From an uncultured Phycisphaerales bacterium (GTDB lineage: Bacteria; Planctomycetota; Phycisphaerae; Tepidisphaerales; Tepidisphaeraceae), in the NCBI GenBank assembly GCA_963844715.1, contig CAWJPJ010000006.1, forward strand, positions 992,001 through 1,056,000: a stretch of DNA of 64,000 nucleotides, in the 5' to 3' direction. Made by a program: the position numbers and the translations under genes. Shown here in pieces: positions 22,126 through 34,414 of the stretch. How positions within the stretch are numbered: the stretch's first letter is position 1; each line of letters begins with the position of its first letter. The notes beneath the pieces are model-generated. The model had not been told where the DNA came from. It did no database searches and saw nothing but the letters and a program-made list of their open reading frames with translations.

Positions 22126-24559
22126 ATCACAAATCATCGAACGCTCTCCCGCTGCGACGATCATTCGCACCGCCGGCAACGGCCAGCAATTGACCGTTCC
22201 CAATCTCCTCCCCATCCTCCCCATCCGCAACATCGTCGTCTTCCCCGGCACCGTCATGCCCCTCAACGTCGGTCGCCAAAAAAGCAAAAATCTCCTCGAC
22301 GAAGTCATGCCCGGAGAAAAGCTGATCGGCGTCGTCACCCAAAAGAACGCCGAGGTCGAAGACCCCAAGTTCGAAGACCTGCACGGCGTCGGCGTCGCCT
22401 GCATGATCCTCAAGCTCTTCAAGCTCCCCGATGGAAACCAGTCCATCATCGTCCACGGCCTGGTGCGATTCCGCCTCCTCGGCATCGAGCAAACCGAACC
22501 CTTCGCCATGGGACGCATCGAGGTCCTGGAAGACGAAGTCGAACTCGGCCCCGGTATCGACGCCCTCATGGCGTCGGTTCGCCAGCAGGCAAATCGCGTC
22601 ATCGAACTATCCCCCAACACGCCCGACGAAGCCGCCCAGGTCCTCAACAGCATCACCACGCCCTCCGCCCTGGCCGATTTCCTCGCCGCCAATCTCCCCG
22701 TCGAAAAGGGCGACATCGCCGAAAAGCAGCGCACTCCTCGACGAGCTCGACGTCGAAAAGCGACTGCGCATAATCGCCACCCGCCTGGCCACGCAGTTGG
22801 ACGTCCTGGAATTGCAAACCAAGATCCAATCGCAGGTCAAGGAAAACATCGACAAGAGCCAGCGCCGCTACTATCTGCAGGAGCAGCTCAAGGCCATCCG
22901 CAAGGAACTCGGCGAAAGCGAAGCGGCGCGGCGGCGAGCGAATTGGAAACCCTCCGCACCCGCCTCGAAGCCGCCAAGCTCCCCGAAGCCGTCATGAAGG
23001 AGGCGGTCCGCGAACTCAACCGCCTCGAGTCCATCCCCAGCGCCAGCCCCGAATACGGCGTCATCCGCACCTATCTCCAGATTCTCAGCGAACTCCCCTG
23101 GTCCATCGAGACCGTCGACAAGATCGATCTCACCGAAGCCCGCAAAATCCTCGATCGCGATCATCACGATCTGGAAAAGGTCAAACGCCGCATCATCGAA
23201 TACCTCGCCGTCCGCAAGCTCAAGCCCGACGGCGGCGGCGCGATCCTCTGCTTCGTCGGCCCGCCCGGCGTCGGCAAAACCTCGCTCGGCAAAAGCATCG
23301 CCGAGGCCATGGGCCGAAAATTCATCCGCGTCGCCCTCGGCGGCGTCCGCGACGAAGCCGACATCCGCGGCCATCGCCGCACCTACATCGGCTCCATGCC
23401 CGGCCGAATCATCGCCGAGCTCCGCAAGGCCGGCACCCGCAACCCCGTCATGATGCTCGATGAAATCGACAAACTCGGCGCCGATTTCCGCGGCGATCCC
23501 GCCTCCGCCCTCCTCGAAGTTCTCGACCCGGCGCAAAACCACACCTTCACCGATCACTACCTCGACGTCCCCTTCGATCTCTCCCACGTTCTCTTCATCG
23601 CCACCGCCAACACCATGGACACCGTCCCCGGCCCCCTGCGCGACCGCATGGAAGTCATCGAAATCCCCGGCTACACCAACAGCGACAAACTCAACATCGC
23701 CCGCAGATACCTCGTCCCGCGCCAGCTCGAAGCCAACGGCTTCTCAAAGCAAACAGGCAACCTTCACCAGCGACCCGCCCTCAAGTGGATCATCGAGGGA
23801 TACACCCGCGAAGCCGGCGTGCGAAACCTCGAGCGCACCATCGGCTCCGTCGCCCGCGCCATCGCCGCCGACATCGTCGAGGGCAAGACCGACAAAGTCG
23901 TCGTCGATCGCGAACGCGTCAGCAAAATCCTCGGCCCCCGAAGATTCGACCCCGAACTCGCCAGCCGCACCAGCGTCCCCGGCGTCGCCACCGGCATGGC
24001 CTACACCCCGTCGGCGGCGAAATCCTCTTCATCGAAGCCACCCGCATGCCCGGCAAGGGCAACATCACCCTCACCGGCCAGATCGGCGACGTCATGAAAG
24101 AATCCGCCACCGCCGCCTATAGCCTCATCCGCTCCCGCGCCAGCGCCCTCGGCATCGATGCCCAAGCTCCTCGCCGAAAGCGACATTCACATTCACGTCC
24201 CCGCCGGCGCCGTCCCCAAGGACGGCCCCAGCGCCGGCGTCGCCATGTTCACCGCCCTGGCCTCGCTCATGCTCAATCGCCCCGTCCGTCACGACGTCGC
24301 CATGACCGGCGAAATCACCCTGCGCGGCTTGGTCCTCCCCATCGGCGGCCTCAAGGAAAAAACCCTCGCCGCCAGACGCGCCGGCATCAGCCAGGTCATC
24401 GTCCCCAAACGCAACGAAAAAGACATGGTCGACATCCCCCCGGAAGTGCGCAAGACCCTCAAATTTCACTTCGTCGAGAATATCGACGAAGCTATGAAAT
24501 TTGCCCTCGGCCCCACCGCCAAAATAAAGAAATCGCCCAAGCGACCGCAGAAAGTCTGA
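22118..24559 (+). CDS. lon: ATP-dependent Lon protease (about four frameshifts)
   Basis: [35 protein letters not shown] (catalytic Ser), PIGGLKEK. Confidence 0.97.
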
Positions 24560-24567
24560 ATAAGGAT

Positions 24568-24928
24568 ATGGCTTCGGATTACCTCATCACGCGCATCGAC
24601 AAAGCGACGATCGTCGAGTTTCAAATCCCGTCCCTCATGGACCCCCCTCAATTGGAACTCATCAACTCGCGGCTAAGCACCCTCGTCGACGAAATGGACC
24701 GGCGACTGCTCATCCTCGACTTTTCCAGAGTGCAATACCTCTCCAGCCAGGCGATCGGCATCGTCATCACCCTGCATCGCAAGCTCAGCGCCCTGCCGCA
24801 CAGCAAACTGATTCTCTGCGGCGTCAATTCCAAGCTCGCCGAATTGCTCCGCATCACGCCGCCTTGATCGCGTCCTGACCGTCAAACCCACGCAATCCGA
24901 AGCCGTAAAAGCCACCGTCCTGGTTTAG
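24568..24928 (+). CDS. STAS-domain anti-sigma-factor antagonist (frameshifted)
   Basis: [33 protein letters not shown]. Confidence 0.85.
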
Positions 24929-24952
24929 AAACCATTCACGCGGGAGGACCCC

Positions 24953-25404
24953 ATGTCCAACGTCCGCACGGCCACTCAATTCAGCGTATTCCTGGTCAAC
25001 AAGCCCGGCGTCCTCGCTCAAGTCACCGGGGCCCTGGCTCACGACAAAATTAACATCGCCGCCATGACCCTGGTCGACTCCCAGGAGCACGGCGTCCTCC
25101 GCATGGTGGTCGAAAACCCGGCCGCCGCCGAGCCGTCCTCAAGGATCTGAATCTCCCAGTAACCGAAACCGATGTGTTGTGCCTCGAATTATCAAACAAC
25201 CCCGGCGCCCTCTCCGACGTAGCCACCCTATTAGGCGAAAATCATATCAACATTAATTATGCATATGCCACCGGCGGCGCTCCCGGCGGCAAAACCACCG
25301 GAATCTTCAAAGTCGCCGACCCCGCCAAAGCCCAGCGCGTCCTCCCCAAAAAGGATTCCAAACACAAAGAACCCGACCTCCACCGCGGCCGCCGCACTCG
25401 ATAG
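24953..25404 (+). CDS. Tandem ACT-domain protein (frameshifted)
   Basis: QFSVFLVNKPGVLA..INI and LELSNNPGALS..ININYAY. Confidence 0.85.
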
Positions 25405-25426
25405 TCGACGGCTCTCCGCTCTTACC

Positions 25427-25544
25427 CCCTCTCCATGTACTCAGGGAGAGGGCAGGGGTGAGGGTGGTTTTTCATTCGACTCAAGAATTTCGTCGCCGGC
25501 GAAGAACCCTCACCCTATCCCTCTCCCTGAGTACATGGAGAGGG
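25427..25544. repeat. REP-like inverted repeat pair (about 39-bp arms)
   Basis: CCCTCTCCATGTACTCAGGGAGAGGGCAGGGGTGAGGGT ... ACCCTCACCCTATCCCTCTCCCTGAGTACATGGAGAGGG. Confidence 0.85.
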
Positions 25545-25612
25545 AACCAGAACAAAAGGAACAACAAGCCGTAATTGACGCCCCCAATCCCCCCGCGTAG
25601 AGTCGATCTACA

Positions 25613-28054
25613 ATGCGCCGGCTCTGGGCGGGGCTGATTCTTTTGCTTTTTCCATCCGCGGCTTTGGCACAAGTCCAGGGTCAGGTTCTCTTTATTGGTT
25701 TCAACAATCATTACCGTCCCGATTGTTGGACCCCCATGCTCGTCCAGCTCTCCGGACAAAGCGATTCCTCCACCACCTACCAGATTCAGATCGTTCAGGA
25801 CGATCTCGACCGCGATCGCGTCATTTTTACTCAGGACGTAAACTTCGGCGGCACCAGCGAAGGCAAGACCAACGCCGCCGAAAACTTCTGGGTCTATTTC
25901 AAACCAAAGCCCACCGATGAGGGCCTCCCCGACGCGACCAACCTCGCCACCAATCTCAACACCCTCAACGACGAACTAAAAGTCTTCCTCTGCGACAAAG
26001 ACGGCAAGCAGCTTACGCACCTCCCGATCACGTCGACCATCCTCAACGACGACCCCGTCCGCGGTCTGGGCGACACCACGCGCAGGCAGAAAACTCGTTC
26101 TCTTCGTCACCGACGGCGCCGATCGCCCCATCATCCCGGATTATTCCCAGCTCGCAGGCGTAATGGAGGACGTCGACGCCGTAATCGTTCACCCCTCGGA
26201 CCTACCCACCAGCGTCCTCGGCTACGACGCCGTCGATGCGATCGTCTGGATGGACGCCGATGCCAACTTCCTCATCTCCGGCACCCGAACCCCCGCCCTC
26301 GAGGCCATCGTCCAGTGGATTCATCAAGGCGGACACCTCGTCGTCTGCCAACCCGCCGAGGTAAACAAGGTAAAACCCTTCGCCGATCTTCTCCCCGTCG
26401 GCGAAATGGACGGCGACCGCTGGACAATTCCCGTAACCGACCGATCCGATCCCCAGGCCCTCCTGAACATTCTGGAATACAAGCAATCGAACGCCTGGGC
26501 CGATGGTCTCCCGCCGCTGAAAGTAGCCCGAGTCCTCGCCCGCCCCGATGCCAAAATCGACCAGTGGATGACTTGGAAAGACGGCAACCCAAGCCCAACC
26601 CCCTGGCTGGCCCGCCGCGGCGTCGGACTCGGCGGTATGTCACCTGGGTCGCCCAGGATTTGGGAAACGTGGCCCTTACCGATCATCTCCGCCACGGCTG
26701 GCGCATATCTGGGATCGCGTCTTCGCCTGGAACAACGCGCAAGACGTCCCCGAGGATTACAAACCCCCCACCGACACCGACGACCCCTGGAAACCCAGCG
26801 AAGGCCTCGACCTCGGCAGAACCCTCCTCCAAGGCATGGACATGACCGGAAAAGCCGCCGCCTACGTCTTCATCGCCGTCTTCTTCTTTTTTATCTACTG
26901 GCTCGTCGCCGCCCTCGGCCTGCACCTCTACCTCGAAGTTCGCGGCAAAACTGAACTGAGCTGGTTCCTCTTCGCCGCCAGCGCGCCTGGGCGGAACGGT
27001 CGTAACCATTCTATTGGTAAAATTGCTCCTCCGCGGCCCCCCCGAACTCAAGCATATCAGCGTCGTTCGCGATGCCGCCGACGATCCCGTCGCAGTCATC
27101 GACTCGCGACTTCGGCCTCTACATCCCCCAGGACGGCGACAAAAAAATCGATCTTCTCGACACCGCCGAGGGCCAAACCAGCACCATCACTCCCTTTGCG
27201 ATCAATCCGCAATACGTCCAAAACGAGGACATCCTCCCCGCTTACCTCGAGTATGAAATCCCCGTCGGCCAGCCGCTCGACGCCGATTCCGTCTCCATCA
27301 CCGTTCCCTATCGCAGCAGCTCCAAGAAACTCCAAACCCACTGGATCGGAAAGATCGACAACCCCATCTGCGTCCCCGCCGGCATGCCCGACATCAAACT
27401 CGTCCCCCCCGGCGACGGCGGTTATATCGACGGAAATCTCGTCAACCTCACCGGCTTTGATTTACGCGGCGTCTATCTCGCATTCTTGGAACCGCCCGGC
27501 GGTAACTACGACGCAATGAGTTCCCAGGACCAAACCTGGATAATTTTTGTCCCCGCCTGGCCAAAAGGCGCCAACTCAATCTCAAAACTCTGACCGCCAA
27601 AAGCAATATCATGCGCCTCGACGATCCCAACGGCCGCCACCCCGGCGGGTCCAGCCCGGTTTTCGGTCGACTCGAACGAGGCGTCGATTGGGCCCGCTAT
27701 TGGCAGAACGAGCAGGATTCCCTCAAAGACCATCCCGAAATGGCCATCCCCATGATGGCCTTCTTCGAGCAAATCCCTCCCTGGCGTTTCAGCGAAGATG
27801 AGCACGCGCGATTCGAACTCTACCGCCGCGGCGGCCGCGGACTCGATCTTTCCGCCGCCCTGGCCGCCGGCCGCCTCATCGTCTGCGGCACCGAAGAAGT
27901 CGACGGCGACACCACCAAGACCCCCCTGCCCGTCCCCCTGCTTGTCTCGGATGTCCCCGTGCAGGGAAATGGAACGACGATCGTAATGTATGTTCTCCCC
28001 CTGGATCGCTCTGCCGTTACGGCTCCCCCAACAACCGAGCCGTCGAATCAGTAG
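25613..28054 (+). CDS. Large secreted/membrane protein with class I glutamine-amidotransferase-like fold (multiple frameshifts)
   Basis: Signal peptide; 'LPTSVLGYDAVDAIVW..AIVQWIHQGGHLVV' resembles the GATase-like domain; TM pair near 26850-27030; fragments 25613, 26163, 26836, 27072, 27611. Confidence 0.65.
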
Positions 28055-28066
28055 AATTGGAACCCC

Positions 28067-29005
28067 ATGGCCGCAGTCGTCATCAAAACGGTCAATCTCA
28101 CCAAGCGTTACGGAACCCTCGTCGCGCTCTCCAATCTCAATCTCGAGATCAGCGAGGGAGACTGCTTCGGTTTCATCGGCCCCAACGGCGCCGGAAAACA
28201 ACGACCATCAAAATTCTCGCCACTCTTCTCCAGCCGACCTGGGGAGAAGCACGAGTCTGCGACTATGTTGTCGGCTATCAATCCCGATCCATCCGCCCAC
28301 TGATCGGCTACGTCCCCGATTACTTCGGCGCATACGAAGACATGGTCGTGCAGGAATATCTCGAATTCTTCGCCGCCGCCTACAACATCAACGGCGCCCA
28401 GCCGCACCAAGATCGTCAACGACGTACTGGAACTCACCGATCTCGGCTACAAGCGCGACGCCGCCGTCGACGGCCTCTCGCGCGGAATGAAGCAGCGCCT
28501 CTCCATCGCCCGCGTCCTCGTCCACGATCCCAAAGTCCTCCTCCTCGACGAGCCCGCCGGAAATCTCGACCCCCGCGCCCGCATCGAAATGCGCGAGCTT
28601 CTCAAGGAACTCCGCCGCATGGGAAAAACGATCCTCATCTCATCCCACATCCTCCCCGAACTGGCGGACCTGTGTAACACCGTCGGCATCATCGAACAGG
28701 GCGAACTGCTCTACAGCGGCCCCGTCGCCGAAATCGTCCGCAAGGCCAGCAGCGGCACGATCGTCCTCGTCGGCGTCACCCGCGCCCCGGAACAAGCCGC
28801 CGCCATCCTCTTGAAAAATCCCAATATCGATTCCGTCGCCGCCCAAAATGGATTTTTGAAAGTGAGCCTCAAATCCGGCGTCTCCGATTTTAGCTTCATC
28901 CCCGCCCAGCTCATCGCCGCGGGATTTGCGGTCAATCTCCTCAAGGAAGAAGAAGTGAATCTCGAAACCGCCTTCATGCGCCTCACCAAAGGGATCGTGC
29001 AGTAA
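28067..29005 (+). CDS. ABC transporter ATP-binding protein (frameshifted)
   Basis: GPNGAGKTTT, LSRGMKQRL, LLLDEP, ISSH. Confidence 0.92.
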
Positions 29006-29009
29006 CACC

Positions 29010-31098
29010 ATGCTCGGCATCACCGATTATTTCTGGCGCCTCCTGCCCGGAAACCCCATCCTGCTCCGCGTCGTGCAGTCCGGCGGGAAAAAACGCCGCG
29101 ACGCTTTCATCCGCTGCGGATACCTCGGCCTCCTCGTCATTCTCGTCACCTACATTCTCTCCACCAGCGGCACCTCCTACGGCTCCAGCGACATGGCGGC
29201 CCTCACCAAGGACTCCGCCCAAATCTTCCAGTACATGTCCTATCTCCAACTCGCCCTCGTCGCCCTTCTCTCCCCCGTCTTCACCGCCGGCGCAATCACT
29301 CAGGAGCACGACAGCCAAACCTACGATATTCTCCTCGCCACCCCCCTCACCAACGGCCAGATCGTCCTCGGCTCACTCCTCAGCCGCGTCTTCTTCGTCG
29401 TCGCCCTCCTTGTCAGCGGCATCCCCATCTTTTCCATCACCCAAATCTTCGGCGGCGTCGCCATCAAGAGCATCATCTACAGCTTCCTCATCGCCGCCAG
29501 CACCGCCCTCGTCACCGGCGCCATGGCCATGGCGATCGCCACCCTCAAGGTAGGCACCCGCAGAACCATCTTCAGCTTCTACCTCTTCATCGTGATCTAT
29601 CTCGTCGGCCTCTACCTCCTGGACAAAGTCGATTTCCTGCATCTGCACTATGTAGATTCCGCCGGCAACGCCCACACCACGCAAACCAGTTGGATCACCG
29701 GCCTCCACCCCTTCCTGGCCCTGCGCGTCATCTTCAACGACGCCCAATACCTGCCCCCAAATCTCGCCGACCTTCCCCCGCAATGGCAAAGCTGGCCCTG
29801 GGGTTGGTACTGGACCAGCCCCGCCACTTTCTATTTTTCCTTCATGATCTTCGCCAGCATCGCCCTCGTCCTCCCGTCGATTCTGCTCCTCCGCCGCCTG
29901 GCTCAATCCACCTCCGGCTTCAAATCCTGGGCCTGGCAAAAAATCCGCCAATCCGTGGGTGCGTCCGCCGTCGCGGCCCGAAAGCCCCGCTCCGTCTGGT
30001 TTAACCCCATCGCCTGGCGCGAGGCGCACACCAAATCCTCCGTCGCCCGCGCCACCTTCCTCCGCTACGGCTTCATTCTTCTCGGAATGACCGGCGCCAT
30101 CGTCCTCCTCGTCCTCCACTCCACCGAAGGCACTCCCCATCAATTCATCAACAACGGCTTTGACCCCGCGCAACACCCTCTTCATCGACGGCGACACCAA
30201 ACAAGACCTCCCCATCAGCAACAGCGTCATCATAAAAATCGGCGACCGCGACGGCTCCCCCGACGATCTCAGCGGCAAATACGAAGTCAAAGACATCTCC
30301 CAAGGCGCCAACAACGTCATCACCCAGATCGACCTGAAAGAATTCCCGAGAGAATTGGATTCCGATCAAACCCGCAAATGGCTCCTCGGAATCACCATCC
30401 TCGAATTCTCGGTCATTCTCCTCATCATCACCAACGCCGCCGCCAGCACCGTCACCCGCGAAAAAGAGGACGGCACCCTCGATCTCCTCCTCAGCACCCC
30501 CATCACCAGCCGCTATTACATCTGGGGCAAACTCCGCGGCCTGGTCAGCTTCGTCCTACCCCTCCTGGCCGTCCCCGTCTTCGGCTGCTTCCTCTTCATC
30601 TCCCACGATCTCCTGCGCTGGCTCGCCGAGGGCGATTCAAAATTCCAATGGATCGTCTTCCCCGAGGCCCTGCTGATGATGCCGTCGATGCTCATCATCG
30701 TGTGCGCCTTCGCGGCCATCTTGGGAATGCAAATGTCCCTCCGCTGCCGCACCACCGTCCGCGCCGTAATGAGCAGCGTAGGAATCATCGTCGGCGCCTG
30801 CGCCCTCATGGGCTGGTGCGGCGACGGCCTCCTCAACAGCCGAGCCGCCGTCCCGGAAATGAGCGTCGCCGCCGCCGTCTTCAGCCCCTTCACCATGATT
30901 ACCCTTTTGATCGACCCATACGATTTCGGCGGCCGCGCCTTCGACCCCCTCATCGCCGACGCCGACCCCACCGGCGCGAGAGTCACCGCCTTCATCATGT
31001 GCATCGCCGCCATCGCCGCCTACGCGCTGCTGGTCTGGTCCATGTACCGATCCATGGTCAAGAATTTCGACATGACCATCCGCAAACAAGCCAGATGA
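29010..31098 (+). CDS. Double ABC-2-type permease (frameshift near 30160)
   Basis: Two repeats: AGAITQEHDSQTYDILLATPL and ASTVTREKEDGTLDLLLSTPI. Confidence 0.85.
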
Positions 31099-31213
31099 TC
31101 CGGCTTACACCTCTTACCCCCGGCCCCTCCGATAGTTCCGGCACGGCCGGCCAGGGTTAGCGGCCGCCGCGAAAATCAACTGCGATCCGCATAAAGTCAC
31201 GGACAGGCGATTG

Positions 31214-31322
31214 ACCTAATGACCTCTAAAGGGGACCTCTAAGGACCTCTTCTTCTAAAGGGAACGCACCTTTTTCGCGAAACCTACTAAAAACCCTAAT
31301 AAAGGGGACGTACCTCTTTTTG
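31214..31322. repeat. Cluster of degenerate TAAAGGGGAC...CCTC repeats
   Basis: TAAAGGGGACCTC, TAAGGACCTC, TAAAGGGAACGCACCTTTT and TAAAGGGGACGTACCTCTTT in an AT-rich gap between convergent genes. Confidence 0.6.
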
Positions 31323-31431
31323 CAACTTCAGTCTCCTCGCGACGCCCGGCCGTCACGAATATCGTCACCGATAAGCAATTAAAAATGCATCGATCAGCAA
31401 AACGATTACAACGCAAATCAAGAGCCCTCCC

Positions 31432-32893
31432 CTATCGCCGCAGCCCATCCGTCTCCGCGGCCAGCAGCAGCGTCGCCAGCGCCATGGATGACAAGCTGAT
31501 GATCAGCCCGATCTTCAGCCACGATCTGAAATAGATCGTCCCGTGTCCCCGTTTGTCCGCCATCCCGCAGGCAATGATATTGCATGTCGACCCGATGCTC
31601 GTCATGTTCCCCATGAACGTCGCCCCAAAGAGCATGAGCCAATAAACCGCGTCCGGGCACACCGCCCCGTGCGCTTTCAGATCCGCCACGATCGGGATAA
31701 ACGCCGCGATAGCCAGCAAATTCGCCACGAACGCGCTCAGCAAGCCTGTGGACCACCCCACCGCCAGCACCAGCGCCGCCGGGCGCCCGCCCGATGTCCG
31801 CAGCAGTTGCCGGGCGATGACCGCCGTCACGCCCGATGCCTGCATCGCCCCCACGACGATGAACAGCGCCGTGAAAAATGCCAGCGTCCCCCAGTCGATG
31901 CGGTGCCGCAGGACCGCCTTGGCGTCCGAGCCCGACATGACCAGCGCGATCAACCCGGCCCCCACCGACGCCGCCAGGAGCACCATATCCGCCGGCAAAC
32001 CCATCGCATGTTCAATTTGCGCCGTGAAAGATAAACAGCCCGGTCATCGCGCCGACGAGAATCCACGCTGGCGCATAACTTCGCCGATCCGGATCGGGAA
32101 CGCTCGACGCAAACTCGTGCGCATCAACCGCCTCTTTCAACGCCGCCCAATCCCGCGCAAACCACCAGCGGCAGACTATAAATACCCATCCCAGCACAAT
32201 CACTGAAATCGGCGTCGCCCAGCGGAAAAAATCCAGTACCGTCGGCCTCGCTTTTAGCGCGATCGTCACCCCCACCGGCCCGAACGCGCTCGCCGCCGAT
32301 CCGATATTCGTCGCGAACACCAGCATGATCAGAAACGGAATCGGCTGGAGCTTGTAACGCTCCGCGATATGCAGCATCGCCCCCCCGACAAACAGAATCG
32401 CCGCCACTTCCCCCACGATCGCCGACGCGATCATCGCCGACATCATCAGCACCCCAAGCAAAACCCCTGGCCGGCGGCCCGCGTGACGCACAATCTGGCT
32501 CGCCACATGCTCGAAAAACAGTTTCTGCTCCAGATACCCCGCCACAAAGAACGTGCCCAGCAAAAAGAAAATGACGTCGAGCCCCGCCGCGGCCACAAAT
32601 TGCCCGGCCGACGAAAACAATCTCAATCCAAGTATCGCCGCGATCGCGCACCCGCAGACGAACAGCCGGTAATCTTCGTAAAGCAAAATCCCGATCAGCA
32701 CCCCGCAAAAAATCGCCAGGCTTTCCACCTGATGCGCGCTGGAAAAAACCCCCACGTGCAACCCGTGAACGAGTAAGCCGACCGTCAAGCCCACAAGCCC
32801 CGCGAAGATCGCGGCTCGCTGAAATCGGGTGGTCAATACTCGCGGCACGCGCGAGCCGACCGCAATGACTTGGTTTTGGGCCAAGAGGTCCAA
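31432..32893 (-). CDS. ArsB/NhaD (IT-superfamily) ion transporter (frameshifted near 32010; start uncertain)
   Basis: About 12 TM helices; FATNIGSAASAFG, IDWGTLAFF, FMGNMTSIGSTCNII. Confidence 0.82.
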
Positions 32894-32928
32894 CCCCGGC
32901 TTCGCTCGAAGCGAAACTTCCGAAAGAG

Positions 32929-32985
32929 ATGGCGGCCCGACCATCCCGAAGCCTGCGAGCCGGCCACAGTCCGGCCCGCACCCGC
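32929..32985 (-). ncRNA. Probable nhaA-I motif (Li+-I riboswitch)
   Basis: Minus strand reads GCGGGUG-CGGGCCGGACUGUGGCCGGCUCG-CAGG-CUUCGGGA-UGGUCGGGCCGCC. This matches my recollection of the nhaA-I consensus (GGGUG..hairpin..CAGG..GGUCGGGCCGCC) and lies directly 5' of a cation-transporter-like gene. Confidence 0.7.
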
Positions 32986-32995
32986 ACATATATTA

Positions 32996-33634
32996 TTACA
33001 TCCCCGCTTCAAGTCGAGCGAAATCGCGCTTCCCACTCCGCGACCCATGTCCGGCGGGCCCGAACATCGCCCGCGTTTGGGCGTTGGGGGCCTGGATAAA
33101 AAACATTCCGATCAGTTGCACAGGATCGGCTGAACCCACGAACGCGTGCGGAAAGCCGTTGGCTGTAAAGAGCGCCGCCAGCGACTTGGCGGTGTACCCC
33201 GTCTTATGCAGATAGAAATCGTTCCCGCTGCTCTCCACCATGGGACTAAATCCGTAAATCACGTCTCGAACCCGAATGGGTCCCGCCGTCGATACGTAAA
33301 GCTGATCGTCCACATCCAGCTTCTCCCGAACCACGAGCTGAAAGAGTGCTCCCAAATCCGGCACGAGCGCGTGGACGAATCCCTCCGGCTTGAGAACGTG
33401 CCGGAATCCCCGAACAACTTTAGCCGCGTCGCGGCGATGGAAGTGTTCTAGATTATGCGAACAGTAAACCGCGTCGTAAGTCGCCGGCGGCAATTGAGCC
33501 AGCAACCTCGCATCCAGACAAATATCCGGCCGAGCCCGCGGATCGATATCCAGCCGATCGCAACGCCAGCCGCCGTATTGCGGCGGCATTGGGATTTCGC
33601 GCCTGCCCCCGCCGACATTCAGAACCGCTTTCAT
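32996..33634 (-). CDS. Class I SAM-dependent methyltransferase, copy 1
   Basis: VLNVGGG, RLDIDP..PDI..D, YDAVYCSHNLEH, VLKPEG. Confidence 0.85.
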   Translation of the reverse strand: MKAVLNVGGGRREIPMPPQYGGWRCDRLDIDPRARPDICLDARLLAQLPPATYDAVYCSHNLEHFHRRDAAKVVRGFRHVLKPEGFVHALVPDLGALFQLVVREKLDVDDQLYVSTAGPIRVRDVIYGFSPMVESSGNDFYLHKTGYTAKSLAALFTANGFPHAFVGSADPVQLIGMFFIQAPNAQTRAMFGPAGHGSRSGKRDFARLEAGM

Positions 33635-33823
33635 TCAGGGCCTCCATCCGTTCGTCTCAGCGCGCCCCGGGGAATCCTCGATATAAAGCTGCAAGAAATG
33701 CCGCGACAATTTTGTATATATCGAGAAATTGCGCCAAAAACTGCAAAGTTTCCCCAAATCCCAGGGCGACGTCGAAATGAACTCCCCGTGAAGTCGGGGC
33801 AAATCGTATTCACCGGCACGCGA

Positions 33824-34414
33824 TCATGCCCCGCCGGACCCAATCGCCGCCCGCGTTTTCGGGTCGGGAGCTTGTATAAAGAACAATCCCATCAGCAGCA
33901 CCGGATCGCTCGAACCCACTATCCCATGCGGAAACCCGTTGGCCGCGAAGAGCGCCTTCAGCGATTTGGCCGTATACCCCGTCTTGTGAAGATAGAAATC
34001 GTTCCCGCTGTTCTCGACTTCGGTGCTTAAACCGTAAATGACGTCCCGAACCCGGATCGGCCCCAGCGGCGATTCGTACAGCACATCATCCACATCCAGA
34101 TTCTCCCCCACCACGCGCTTAAACAGCGTGTCCAAATCCGGCACGATCACCTCCACAAACCCCTCCGGCTTCAACACATGCCGAAACCCGCTGATGACTT
34201 TCCCCGCATCCCGGCGATGAAAGTGCTCCAGATTGTGCGAACAATAAACCGCGTCGTAGGTCGCCGCAGGCAATTGCGCCAGCAGTCTAGCATCCAAGCA
34301 AATATCCGGCCGGACGTTCGGATCAATATCCAGCCGAACCTCTCGCCACCCGTGGTAATGCCCTGGCAATTGAATCCCGCCACTCCCCCCGCCGACATTG
34401 AGAACTGCTTTCAT
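33824..34414 (-). CDS. Class I SAM-dependent methyltransferase, copy 2
   Basis: Paralogue of copy 1 with long identical blocks. Confidence 0.87.
   Translation of the reverse strand: MKAVLNVGGGSGGIQLPGHYHGWREVRLDIDPNVRPDICLDARLLAQLPAATYDAVYCSHNLEHFHRRDAGKVISGFRHVLKPEGFVEVIVPDLDTLFKRVVGENLDVDDVLYESPLGPIRVRDVIYGLSTEVENSGNDFYLHKTGYTAKSLKALFAANGFPHGIVGSSDPVLLMGLFFIQAPDPKTRAAIGSGGA

Noticed and set aside
22700..24200. Programmed frameshifting or pseudogenisation of lon (and leuS)
   Set aside because: Breaks are scattered window-wide without slippery-site context and hit essential genes; best explained as sequencing error
29373..30323. Long antisense/alternate-frame ORFs here and elsewhere (e.g. 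1783..2949, 41430..42563)
   Set aside because: Shadows of real high-GC genes; no domain motifs
31214..31322. Possible CRISPR or iteron array
   Set aside because: Units are short, degenerate and irregularly spaced; no spacers, cas or rep genes
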